Assembly (NCBI RefSeq): GCF_006345805.1
Contig: NC_043000.1
Span: 39,184,001-39,248,000 of the forward strand
DNA from: Octopus sinensis
Lineage: Eukaryota
Reading direction: 5' to 3'
DNA length: 64,000 bases
Positions 12,300 through 24,687 of this stretch are shown one piece after another. Each line of letters starts with the position of its first letter. Position 1 is the stretch's first letter. The notes below the pieces were generated by a model. The model was not told the origin of the DNA, did no database searches, and was given only the letters and a program-made list of their open reading frames with translations. Both the position numbers and the translations under genes were made by a program.

Positions 12300-13620
12300 A
12301 GGGGAGCAATTTGGTTTTCGGAGTAATATCTGGTTAGAAGAAGTCAAAGAGAAAGAGAGTATACCCCAGCGTGAAGAAGCGAAAGAAGAGTTCAGTGACA
12401 TGGAGATACAAGAAGACATAATCATAACGTTGCAAGATATACAAGCAGGAATTGATCAGATGAAAAATTGAATGCCAGCTGGCCTGAATCTAGTTCAGGA
12501 TGTTCTAAGGATTGGTGAATTTGTATCTTAGGCTAAAAAAGCTCTTGCAAGACTGTGTATGCCAAGGAAATATATCAATATGGATAGTCAAAGGAAGAAT
12601 CGTGCTGATCCAGAATGATCCAGCCAGAGATGCTGAGGTTAGTAACTATCATCCGATTGCCTGTTTTCCTGTGATGTGGAAGCTTCTAACTGGAATAATT
12701 GAGATAAAGAGTCTCTATAACCATCTTGAAAGAAATGAACTGCTGGCAGATAAAGAGAAAAACTGCAAGGAGGAACCCCGACGAATAATTGTCAGTTGCT
12801 GGTAAATAAAAGTAATTTTGAGAAACTGTTGGAGAAGATTGACAAGCTTACCAATCGCTTGAATTGACTGTAAGAAGAGTTATTATATTTAGAATCTCCA
12901 TTCCTGGATTCTAAAATGCCAGAAGATGGTAGGAGCAGCTAAAAATATGATGCATTGATTCAAACGAAATATGAGGAAAGGGAAGACAGCAGATGGAGGG
13001 GAAATTGGGCAAGTCAGCATCAGAGAGGGAAACTTTCAAAGAAACTCCGAGTCACCCCTACTTTTTATTGTTGGTATGTTACGACCCACCCTGTTTCAAA
13101 GAAGAATGGAGCTGTTACAAACTGCAAAAGAGCATTAGACCAATTAACACCCTGCTTTTTATGGACGATTTGAAGCTTTACAGAATTAGCAGAGGTTAAC
13201 TGGAACCCTTATTCAGGCTCTATGAATTTTCTCCCATAACATCCAAATGTATTTGTTATAAATAAATCCATTGTTCTTGACACGAAAGAAAGGGCAAAAA
13301 GTACCAGCAGAGGGGTACAACGTCCAGACGATGAGAGTATATGAGACGTGAAAGGAGACGTTTACTAGTATCTTGGTATTTTACAATTAAGCCAGCTGAT
13401 GAACACTACGATGAAGGAAAAGATTTTTTCTGAACATAGCAATGAAAAAGTTATGTTAATGAATGACGGCAACCTGATCAAAGTGAACTACAAATGTGGT
13501 ACACCACTACGCGTGAAATGTTGAATGGACGAAGGAGGGATGGTCAGTATGGATAGAGAAGTCAGAAAGATAATGGCCATGCATGGGTGTCTTCATGTAA
13601 TCCTTTATACTGCTAGAATC
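12300..13620 (+). mobile_element. R4/Dong-type LINE reverse transcriptase region, heavily decayed
   Basis: KGRIVLIQND...SNYHPIACFPVMWKLLTGII, NTLLFMDDLKLY, YLGILQL-like motifs with many frameshifts. Confidence 0.8.
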
Positions 13621-13725
13621 CGAAGAAGAATTCCTTCTGTTTGAGGAGTCTTGTCACCAAACCTCAAAAGAGCATCCCTGTAAGTTAATGTAGCATGCAA
13701 TAACTTTTTAATAATAATAATAATA

Positions 13726-13771
<46 letters not shown>

Positions 13772-13775
<4 letters not shown>

Positions 13776-14319
13776 GCCCTGATGCAGTATCAGGCAGTGG
13801 TTCTCATAGCTTCTGATCTTAACTGGTTGGAAGTGTTATCATGCACATTGTTTTGTCTTGGTATAAAAGATGGCCTACAGCAAATATTCTGCTCAATACC
13901 ACGGATTTTCTTGTCACTTACTTGACCATAACCAGTTGAGCATGTCCCTTAGTGGCTGACGATATGTGCATCTCTGATCACGAGCATAAGTAGTGGGGGA
14001 GCATCACAGCCATGTGTTGAAGGGGATTCTTTGGGGTTTGAATAATTCACGTCTGGAAACATGGGTGTTTCGTTCAATATCCTTAAATAACCCTTATTCA
14101 GGGACCTTTTGAATGGGATGGGCTACTCAACCTAAAGAAAACTCTAACTGGGCCCCACCTTCAAGGTCATGCAGTGTTTATCTTGATATGAGATCATCAT
14201 GTCGCGCACATATGGTTGTGATGCATGTGCTTATCAGACGGGTAGTCATGATGGGTATTCTGGGCTTCGTATATTTTATCCCAGTGTCACTTTGATAGCA
14301 TGCACGGCTCTCGCACTCC
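13772..14319 (+). mobile_element. About 550-bp non-coding interspersed element (family T) lying in trinucleotide arrays
   Basis: Starts AAATGCCCTGATGCAGT directly after (TAA)n and ends GCACGGCTCTCGCACTC; homologous copies at 43376-43541, 47735-48165 and 48250-48718. Confidence 0.85.
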
Positions 14320-14419
14320 ATTCTACTACAATTACAACTACAACAGCAAGAACAACAACAACAACTACTACTCCTACTCCTACTACTACTAATGATAATA
14401 ATTATTATTATTATAATAA

Positions 14420-14490
14420 ATCGACAAGAAAGAACATGTTTGATGATCGACATAGCATGCCCCGGTGACAACAGGATCAATGTACATTGA
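14420..14490 (+). mobile_element. Small R4/Dong endonuclease fragment
   Basis: ERTCLMIDIACPGDNRI. Confidence 0.6.
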
Positions 14491-14852
14491 CTGTCCAAAT
14501 TGGCCTCCGCAGGTGGCTGCGGAGATCATAACCCAAAAAGAACTTTTTGAGGTCATGGTGACCTTTGGAAAAGAAGAATTTGCTTTTCTCTTTCCGGGTT
14601 CCGACCTGCAGGAGGCAGGGAACTTATGCGGGGGCTCGGATGAGAAAAAGGAAGAGTAAGAAAAAGTTTGTAATTTTTGCGATTTTTTGTGTAAAATTCA
14701 ATAAAAGAACAGTGATTTCGAGGGGTTATTTGTCGGCGGGCGCCGGTGCCCTTCCCATTTTTGTTCATCAATATCATTTTTACCTCATTAATGTCTTTGT
14801 CCAGCCCGCAGCTACTTATCTGTGTACGGCTTTCATGGCCAATTTGATGAAT

Positions 14853-15031
14853 AAAGGTAGCTTGCTGACCAACCACATGATTCCGGGTTCAGTCCCACTG
14901 CGTGGTACCTTTGGCAAATGTCTTCTACTATAGTCTCGGGCCGACCAAAGCCTTGTAAGAGGATTTGGTAGACGGAATCTGAAAAGCCCGTCGTATGTAT
15001 GTATGTATGTATGTATGTATGTATGTATGTA

Positions 15032-15080
<49 letters not shown>

Positions 15081-15295
15081 GTATATGCATTTGTGTGCCT
15101 GTGTTTGTCCCCCAAAATTGCTTGACAGCCGATGCTGGTGTGTTTACGTCTCCGTATCTTAGCGGCCTGGCAAAAGAGACCGATAGAATAAGTACTAGGC
15201 TTAAAAAGAATAAGTCCTGAGGTCGATTTGCTCGACTAAAAGCGGTACTCCAGCATGGCCACAGTCAAATGACTGAAACAATTAAAAGAGTAAAA
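14853..15295 (+). mobile_element. SINE family B, near full length
   Basis: GGTTCAGTCCCACTGCGTGG B-box region, internal TATG/TA microsatellite, CAGTCAAATGACTGAAAC 3' end. Confidence 0.85.
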
Positions 15296-16167
15296 ATGAG
15301 TAAAAAGAGTGTCACGTGACTGAGAAGTGTTGCAGATTTGAAGCAAGAAAGGGGCCAATATAATCAGAGAGGGGATTCTGAACCCGGTTGAGGTGATCCA
15401 AGTGACAAATAGTACGCCTACACTATTATAAAAACAGCATTTCATACAAAGACGAATTGGGGGACTTGTAAAGATACACAAAGTGCCTCGGATATGAGAT
15501 AGTTCTTTGATCTATATAATGACCCCACCTTACGAAAAGCAGACCTACAAAGTGACTGTATGCAGGAAAATCAGATGATAAATTAAAATCAATCAATTCC
15601 AAAGAAGACCTTTCCTTCGGTAGTTGGACTACCTCACTATGTGATAGTTCTGTGTACACTTTCCACACCATCTCCAAACTGTATGTTTATTATATTTATA
15701 GACAGACAACAGTCATCAACTAGACATCTGCGGCTTTTCCAACCTGATTTCGATGTTCTGTCGTCCTTCTCCGTCCCACACCTCTCATCGTCTTCCTACC
15801 GTTCTTGAACCACTTGTGCCAGCAGTGGTTCGTGCAAGTTAATCCATAAGCAATATGAAGCATTTCACAAGTTTTTGTCACGATTTTTACCCAACTTAAA
15901 ACAAATTTTTTATTGCATAGTGAGCTTCCATATTGTCATTACATCCCAACTACATTCTGCGAACAAGTCAGCTGTGGTTCCAGCCGTCTCCTTCAAGCTG
16001 GAATAACGAAAGTTGACGGGTCAGCTTAGTAGATGTATAGTAAATGATACACTAAGAGTACAATAATGTTGGATATATATAACTACCTCCACAAAAAGAA
16101 AAAGAGTCAAGACCTTTGAATTCTCAACACTCATAAGTGGTAAACATAATTATTATGTATTTTTACA

Positions 16168-16485
16168 GGTTCAGCCCCACTGTAGGGCACCTTGGGCAAG
16201 TGTCTTCTACTATAGCCTCGGGCCGACTAAAACCTTGTGAGAGGATTTGGTAGACGGAAACTGAAGGAAGCCCGTCGTATATATGCATATGTATATATAT
16301 GTGCGTGTGTTTGTTCCCCCCAAATCGCTTGACAACCGGTAACTTAGCGGTTCGGCAAAAGAGACCGATAGAATAAGTACTAGGCTTACAAAGAATAAGT
16401 CCTGGGGAGATTTCCTCGACTAAAGGCGGTGCTCCAGCATGGCCATAGTCAAATGACTGAAACAAGTAAAAGAGTAAAAGAGTAA
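16168..16485 (+). mobile_element. SINE family B, 5'-truncated
   Basis: Collinear with 14853-15295. Confidence 0.85.
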
Positions 16486-16509
16486 GTAGGGAAGAAAAAG
16501 GAGAAAGCA

Positions 16510-16736
16510 AATCATCATCATCACCATAATCATCATCATCCTCATCACCATCATAATCATCACCATCATCATCATCATCATAACCATCATCATCATCACC
16601 ATCACCATCACCATCACCATCATCATCATCATCATCATCATCACCATCATAATCATCATCATCCTAATCATCATCATAATCATCATCATCATAACCATCA
16701 TCATCATCACCATTATAATAATAATAATAATAATAC

Positions 16737-16786
<50 letters not shown>

Positions 16787-16898
16787 CCTCACCATCATCA
16801 TCAACATCACCATCATAATCATCATCATCCTCACAATCATCATCATCACCACCATCATCATCAACATCACCATCATAATAATCATCATCATCACAATT

Positions 16899-16944
<46 letters not shown>

Positions 16945-16960
16945 CCATCGTCGTCGTCGT
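16510..16960. repeat. Long imperfect (CAT/CAC/AAT)n microsatellite
   Basis: Direct reading; it produces the poly-Met ORFs in the track. Confidence 0.95.
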
Positions 16961-17694
16961 TAGCCGCAGCAGTGGGAGGAGTCGCATTATCAAGATGATG
17001 TCGGGAGCAACAAATATAAAAATGTCAGAACCAGAAAAAACAAAAGGAAGATGTACAATACACAAATATGTGATAAATACAGGGATATATGCAGTGAATC
17101 TATAGAAATAGATATATAGAATAAAAACTGAAAAAGGGAATCTTGAAAACATTAAGTAAAAAACTGTCTCTAGTCGATGCCAAGCACGACGAAACAAACA
17201 GACAGACATGGGTGAATCATTAGAAATATCGAGTCTAGCAATTTATTGATGAAAAACCTGGCAAAAGACATCTTCAATTTTAGCTAAACTATCAATATCT
17301 GGCCATTAATGATATTATATAATGGAAATTATATACTTAGAGGCTAATAGCAATGGCGGATTGGTAGATTGGGTATTTAACCGGCGTCAATAAACAATCA
17401 CATCACTGAACTGATGGAATCTATTCCTATTTTTGCTATACCTGCTTATTAAGGTCTGTGAAAAGTTCAAAGTGTGTCTAGCAAAATCTATACCTAAAAA
17501 TGGCCGACATGCAATATTGTAGCATTTGTGTATATATATATTGATGAATAAATCAAAGTAAATCGATGAGATATCTGTATTAAACGTAACGAAGAGGGGG
17601 AAAATTATGCTCAGTAACCAGAATTTGACTCACTGAAACCCTATAACTAAATAATCTTTGATAAGGAATTCGTAATCTAATAAATAAAAGATGC

Positions 17695-18113
17695 CTGAAT
17701 CGTATATGACGGCGATACAACGAAGTAAGTCCTACTGCGTAAAGTCTAAGTGAGCACGTGACCTGTTGTAAGTTGAACAGAAACAAATCCTGGAATCACA
17801 TCTTAGTGATTTCGAAAACATCATAGTTTGGATAGGATGGGTAACATTGTGGGTGACAAAGCAGAGAAAATTGACGATCTACTGATAAGGAGGAATGTTC
17901 TTGAAATTTGAGATTTGTCTTCAAACCTCAAGATATAACCCTGCTAATTAAACTAGGATGAACTAGCTTAATGATGATGATAACGAAGATGATGATTATA
18001 ACGATGATGATGATGATGATGATATTAAATAATAATGATAATAATAATGGTTTCAAATTTTAACACAAGGTCATTGATTTCGGGGCAGGAGGTTTGTCAA
18101 TTATATCGACCCC
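17695..18113 (+). repeat. Locally duplicated segment, copy 1 (copy 2 at 40372-40800)
   Basis: CTGAATCGTAT...TTATATCGACCCC is near-identical in both places. Confidence 0.9.
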
Positions 18114-18412
18114 GAAAGGATGAAAGGCAAAGTCGACCTCGGCGGAAATTGAACCCAGAACGTGTAGACAGACGAAATACCTATTTCTTTACTACCCACA
18201 AGGGGCTAAACACAGAGAGGACAAACAAGAACAGACAAACGGATTAAGTCGATTATATCGACCCCAGTGCGTAACTGGTACTCATTTAATCGATCCTGAA
18301 AGGATTAAAGGCAAAGTCGACCTCGGCGGAATTTGAACTCAGAACGTAACGGCAGACGAAATACCGCTAAGCATTTCGTCCGGCGTGCTAACGATTTTGC
18401 CAGCTTGCCGCC
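18047..18412 (-). mobile_element. SINE family A with internal tandem duplication
   Basis: Reverse complement of 36237-36652; the AAAGGCAAAGTCGACCTCGGCGGAA block occurs twice. Confidence 0.85.
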
Positions 18413-18427
18413 TTAAAATAATAATAA

Positions 18428-18793
18428 CAAGAGCACTCAGAGAGCGCAAGTCTCCACCAAGACAACAACAACGTCCTCTCAACGATTAGCTGGAGATGAT
18501 TTTTAAAAGGAGAATATCTGAAATAAACTTGACTGCTCTCACAAACGAAAATACTAAAAATGAACACGACAGCTCTCAAAAATTAAGTAAAAAAAAAAAA
18601 AACAGGGAAATAATCCAGAATCCTTGTCCGATACCGGATCGATTCCAAATTTAATCAATTTGTGCCAGTCACAAGGCCAAACATCCCTGAATGTTTCATC
18701 CGAATCCATCCAACGGTTCTTGAGATATCTTATCCACTGATAAACAAACAAATACGACTGAAACAATACCTCTGCCTTCGCTAAGGCGGAGTT
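18428..18793 (-). mobile_element. Helentron-associated (DINE-1/HINE-like) element, apparently complete (about 365 bp)
   Basis: Terminal palindrome at 18768-18793, sub-terminal CTCC(A/G)CC repeat near 18452, and a GCACTC-AGA-GAGCGC stem-loop at the other end. Confidence 0.65.
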
Positions 18794-18839
18794 AGTAATA
18801 ATTGTAGGTGCTAGAGCCTAACAGACCGGACCTAGTGGT

Positions 18840-19255
18840 GGTGGACAAGAGCACCACGTATGCTATATATTTGATGTCACATGCTTCTTTGACCCACGAA
18901 TAGTCAAGAAGGAAGGCGAAAAGATAAACAGATACAACCCTCTTAAGTACGAAATAGACCGGTTGTGGAAAATGAACAAGGTGAAGATAGTGCTAATTAT
19001 TGTTGGGTCCTTGAGAACAGTATCAGAAGGCATCAAGAAGAAAAGAAAGGAAATTGGAATAGAGTGACGAACAGAACTGTTACAAAAGGTTTGCCTTCTT
19101 GGCAGTCAAAATAATCAGGAAAGTATTAGATTGCTGAAAAGAACGAATAGCATGGTACCGTAGGCTGCGAGTAGTAAGCCCGCTACGCATACAAGACTCC
19201 TGGAGCCCCAACAAAACCAGTGATAAAGAGAAATAATAATAATAATAATAATAAC
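18840..19255 (+). mobile_element. R4/Dong-type LINE 3' end with TAA tail
   Basis: CYIFDVTCFFDPRIVKKEGEKINRYNPLKYEIDRLWKMNKVKIVLIIVGSL...LLQKVCLL. Confidence 0.8.
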
Positions 19256-19257
19256 AG

Positions 19258-19520
19258 ATAGCGCAAAGCTCCGCCAAGGTAACATCAACGTCCTCTCAAC
19301 GATTAGCCGGAGAAGATTTTTAAGATGAGGTATATCTGAAATAAACTCGACTGCTCTCACAAATGAGAATACTAAAAATGATTACGACCGCTCTAAAAAA
19401 TTAAGTAAAACAAAAAACAGAAAAAATAATCCAGAATCCTTGTCCGGTACCTGATCGATCCCAAAATCTAGTCATGTGGTGCGAGTCACGAGGTCAACCA
19501 TCCCTGAAGGAATATATTCA
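19258..19520 (-). mobile_element. DINE/HINE-like element, partial
   Basis: Collinear with 18440-18700. Confidence 0.7.
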
Positions 19521-19522
19521 GA

Positions 19523-20029
19523 CATGACAGAGTTGGGGGCCTACATACACTGGAAGCTATGCCAACACTATGGAATAACAATAGAAAAAAGATGGTTTAA
19601 GCACACGCCAGAAAAGGTCAGAGAAAACGAGAAAGCAACCCTAATATGGAATATGCCAATACACACAGATCGAGAAATTAAGGCCAATAGGCCGGATATA
19701 GTTGTCAGATATCACAAAAAATGCATTCTAATCGATGTATCAATACCAAAAGGTGACAACGTTTCCCTAAAAAAAGAAAATTGGAGCAAATTTCAAAATA
19801 TCGAGACATGGAAACAGAGATAAATCGAACGAGGAGTCTAAGAGCAGAAACAATTCCTATCATAGTGAACACATTACAGAAAATAGCACTACTAGGCACC
19901 GCACACATTAAAGTAAAACACTTTCAATACAGTAACAATAAGAGCATCACAAAAACACACGGCACATAGCCAAGGTACACATACCTGTGCTCGGTACTGC
20001 AGTGAAAGCACGTGATAAAAATAAGACTA

Positions 20030-20118
<89 letters not shown>
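19523..20118 (+). mobile_element. R4/Dong family A 3' end (internally deleted) plus (TAA)n tail
   Basis: YIHWKLCQHYG...WNMPIHTDREIKANRPDIVV; near-identical to 42715-42990; TAA array 20033-20118. Confidence 0.9.
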
Positions 20119-20119
<1 letters not shown>

Positions 20120-20120
<1 letters not shown>

Positions 20121-22170
20121 TCTGTCCTGACGGAATATACCTATAGTTTTTTTAATAGACAGCAGCATATTCCCTAATGAACAGAAAGGATATAAATGTG
20201 GATCCTATGGTTGTAAAGATCAACTACTCATCAATAAGATGATCTTAGAAGATTGTCACGAACGACACAAAAACTTGTCAATAGCCTGGATAGACTATAA
20301 AAAGGCTTTTAATAGCCTACCACATAGCTGGATTAAGAAATGCCTAGAAATGTATAAAATAGCGCATATTTTGAGAAACTTTTTGTCTGTAAGTATGAGA
20401 TCATGGAGAACCACACTAACTTTGAAGAGTTACGATGAATCTCTAAATGCTGGTGATGTAAAAATTTCATGTGGCATTTTCCAGGGTGACTCACTATCAC
20501 CACTCCTCTTTTGTTTAGCCTTAATACCTACCTTTCTCAAAATTGCTCAATGACGCACAGTACGGATATACAATGTTTGATAAAAAATAAATCATCTCAT
20601 TTACATGGATGATTTAAAGTTCTTTGCAAAAATGACCAACAACTACAGAGATTACAAGCAATTGTTAAACAATTCAATGATGACATCAGGATGCAATTTG
20701 GCCTCGATAAATATGCAAAAGCTAGCTTTATCAAAAAAATGGCAGAAACATCTAACGTTAACCTTGACCAGCAGAATGTCATAAAAGAGTTAGACCCAAG
20801 GGAGAGATACAAGTACCTAGGGGTAATTGAAGGGGATGGAATAAGGCATTCAGTGATGAAGGTAAGGATCAGGAGAGAATGTTATCGCAGAGTAAGAGCA
20901 ATACTCAAGACAGAAGTGGCCTAGACACCTACCTGAAAAACCCCGAGGACTGGATGTTAAAACTTGTATCAAAACATGAAAACAAGAAAGCATCATACTC
21001 AGTAACAAAACAGGCAAATGAATATCTAAGTGAATTCCGAATACAACAAATTTCGGAATTAGACATACAAGAAACAAGCACAGAAAAAGCTAAGCACATG
21101 AAAACCCGTGCTAAAATTGCTGCCTTAGATATTCTGAATGATAAATGGCAAGAAAAAACTCTCAATGGCAAATACCCAAAGAGAGTGAATAATGCAGATG
21201 TTGACAAGGTCCTCACCCATCAACGGCTAATGGCCTCTGGCTTAAAATCTGAAACAGAGGGGTTTATCATAGCAGCTCAAGATTAATGCCTACCTACAAG
21301 GAACTACCAGGCTAACATATTAAAGAACGGCAGTAGCCCCACGTGTCGTGTATGTCAACAACAAAATGAAACCATTGATCATGTTGTCTCCAAGCGCAGT
21401 CTTCTTGCGCCTACAGAGTATCTCAACAGGCATGATAGAGCTGCACAATATATTCACTGGGTAATTTGCAAAAGCCTGGACTTGCCACATGATAAAAATT
21501 GGTGGGAATATAAACCACCTCCAGTGCTTGAAAATGACCACATCTCACTCATCTGGAACTTCACCATTCAAACTGACGGAAAGATAGATGCGAATAGGCT
21601 AGACATCATATTGAAAGACTTCAGATAAAAAACATGTCTCCTCATTGATATGACTGTCCCAATCGATATAAACGTATCTGTCAAGACCTACCCAAAACTG
21701 AGCAAATATAAAGATCTTGAAATAGAAATCAGCAAAATGTGGAACCTGAAGACTAAGACAATACTTGTTGTCATAGGTGCCCTGGGAATTATAGCAAAAG
21801 GGGCTGATTGCTACCTAGTTCAGATACCAGGAAACCTCAAAATGGCTGAAATTCAAAAGATAGTGCGCATGGGAACTGCTCATATCCTCATATCCTAGTT
21901 TCTATGTAATCTCAAGTTTTAAAACAAACATAATTTTCGTACGGTTTTTTGACATTCACTAGAACAACACTAAGTACAAAACCAAATATATGGCACCCTA
22001 GGCATAACACCAACATGAACTTCCAGCTTGTCTCTTGAGGTTTCTGGGTGAGACTTGGAGCCGGTTTGTGCAAATGTAAAGCAAAAGTCAAACTACTACT
22101 ACTACTAATAATAATAATAATAATAATAATAATTAATAATAATAATAAATAATAATAATAATAATAATTT
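20120..22170 (+). mobile_element. R4/Dong family B: RT to endonuclease, 3' UTR and tail
   Basis: [54 protein letters not shown]...ETIDHVVS, RHD, KYKDLEIEI; begins directly after a TAA array. Confidence 0.92.
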
Positions 22171-22433
22171 CTTCTAAACTGTACTTTCGACAATCCAATG
22201 AAAAAATAAACAAATATATAAAATTGAAATATCTTATTTTCGAGAGAGAGAGAGAGAGAGGGGGAAGAGAGGAGGAGAGAAAGGGTGAGAGAGAACGAGA
22301 AAGAAAAAAATCACTCTGTAAATAAGATCCTCGAATCGCCCTCGGCAACATCAGGGGTAAAAGATACAGAAAAACCCCTAATGGCGGTTACCACCACCGC
22401 CAATAACCATGCATTCTTTACTTACATTTCAGA

Positions 22434-22452
22434 TTTCGAAGTCTACAACATG
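22434..22452 (+). other. Candidate 19-nt micro-exon
   Basis: TTCTTTTACTTACATTTCAG | ATTTCGAAGTCTACAACAT | GTAAGT. Confidence 0.3.
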
Positions 22453-23882
22453 TAAGTAACCAAAATTATGAATTCTGCTCGTTAGTTTTGCGAAAACATA
22501 ATATGTTATATAAAATGATTTTCTTATATATATGATATTAATAGTATCTGCGAATACACTTTATTAATAATAACAATATCAACTATTTATTATATATTAT
22601 CAGGATGTTCTCTACAGAAAAAACGAAAAAGAAAATAATAATTCGGCTTCAATTCCATAATTGAATAACATCTTCATAAACTAAGTGAAGTCGATAATTG
22701 GAATTTTCCAACAAGAGTCACTGACCTCTTTGCTCTTCTGTATATCATTGGCATCTTTAAATGAATTACTGCGATTGATGTAAACAGAACGTAGCTACGA
22801 ACCGAATAGTAACTTAATAAATCTGCCATTTTGAAAATATTACTTCTTTTTATATTGCTCCTTAATAACCATAGTATCATTAATTAAAAGTTAAAGATTC
22901 GATAATTGGTTTACTGCTTCTGTGATGGTAGAAATTATAAAGGAATATCTAATTTGATGGAAAGACTTCCATTTTTCTGTCCTCTCCGTCGACATGATGA
23001 AAACGCTTACCCAAGGTTGCATGTCATGTGATTGATCTCGCAAGCACGTGGTACAAAACCAACTTAAAGATATTTAAAAACGGAAGCAAATGTAAACCAC
23101 TATGTTGAGTTAGTAGAGGTAATGAGAGGATTTGATGTTGGAAATTATGCCGGAATTATATTGTAGATTACGAAATAGATAACGTGTTAAGGAATTCTGA
23201 ATCAAAATATACGTACAAATATTAGAAGTTGGTCAAGCGAAGCACAAACAGCATAAGTTTATTGTAAGATTCAACGCTTCCGATTTGTGAAGCTTATAGC
23301 TTAAGACACGATTTGTTTCTCATAGAATGACAATAAGCACAACAGCTCTTGTTGTACACAACAGAAAAAATTCAATTAAAGGTTGAGTGATGTCTTAACT
23401 TCCGATTGCAAAATCAGTAAAAACTTCAACTTCTATACAAAAAAAAGTAAGAGATTTCTTTAATGGAGGAATGCTAGAAAATATAGCTTATGTTGATCCT
23501 CCACAACAACAGAGTTGATATTGTTGACCTTAGCACTGAATTTCTTGTCAATCGATGTTTTTAGAGCAAATACGAAGAAGAAAGATGTAGAAAGATTTGG
23601 TTGTGAAGAAATTCGGAACGAAGTCAGGTTAAGGGTAATGGAAAATGAAGTTAGAATGAGGCAAGTGGAGGTAGAAAAAACGGTCACGTTGGGACAACAG
23701 GGTGAACATAGGCCATTAATTCGGAGAAACAAGAACTATTGTATTGAATGAGAGAGAAAGGAAGAGTCAACTCGATGACTGATTAATGGGTGTAGCCAAT
23801 CGGTAAGTGAACTGCTCCTTGTATTCAGTTGACGCTTGTAGGGATACAGTGACATTTCAATAAAATATGAGTTTAAGGACAG

Positions 23883-24039
23883 GGCTGTGTGGTATGAAAA
23901 TTGCTCGCTACCCCATAGTTCAACGTTCAGTCCCACTGCATGGTACCCTGAACAAGTGTCTTGTAGTATAGGCTCGGGCCGAACAAAGCCCTGTAAGTAA
24001 ATTGTAAATTTGATAAACAGAAATTGAAAGAAACCCGCC

Positions 24040-24092
<53 letters not shown>

Positions 24093-24325
24093 CGTGGGTG
24101 CATATATGTGTGTTCTTGTATCTGTGTTTGTTCGCCCACTAGCACTTCATACCAGGTGTTGGCGTGTTTATGTCCCCGTACTTACTGGTTCGACCAAAGA
24201 GATTGATAAAATAAGTACCAGTCTTTAAAAAAAGTAACGAATGGGGTTGATTAAAATTTCTTCATGGCCGTGATCCAGTTTGGCCGCAGTCTAATGACTG
24301 AAGCAACTAAAAAAGTAAAAGATTG
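23883..24325 (+). mobile_element. SINE family B
   Basis: Collinear with 14853-15295, with internal TA microsatellite. Confidence 0.8.
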
Positions 24326-24687
24326 CATGGGTTCAGAGATTACGTATTTTCGTCATAAAAGATGGCTGTCCAATAGAATGTTGTATTTTTCTTGCTTAGT
24401 TCTAGATTACCCTGAAAGAGTTTTCCAGATAACTCTGAAAGGGAGCTGTGATCAATGATGTTCCAGCCGAAATGATCTGTTTCTTCTGTCTATAGCTAGC
24501 ATTATATAAGTCTACTTCACCCTTTAAAGTTGGTAGGGTTCCAACAGATTTGGATTTTATTTCTAACACATCATGTAACTGTGCTGAGGCTCCAGCGATG
24601 ATTACAAAACTTAAAGTTATGTAGTCTCCGTAGAACGTCTTTTTTTAGTAGTTAAGATTAGACATATATCATCTTTTTGATGAAATA

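Noticed and set aside
13772-13850. HDV-like ribozyme at the 5' end of family T
   Set aside because: Only a simple CTGAT/ATCAG hairpin could be formed; no P1-P3 nested pseudoknot
22950-23760. Very decayed RTE-like LINE
   Set aside because: Only a vague resemblance of the 23515-23751 frame to RTE C-termini; no diagnostic motif could be read
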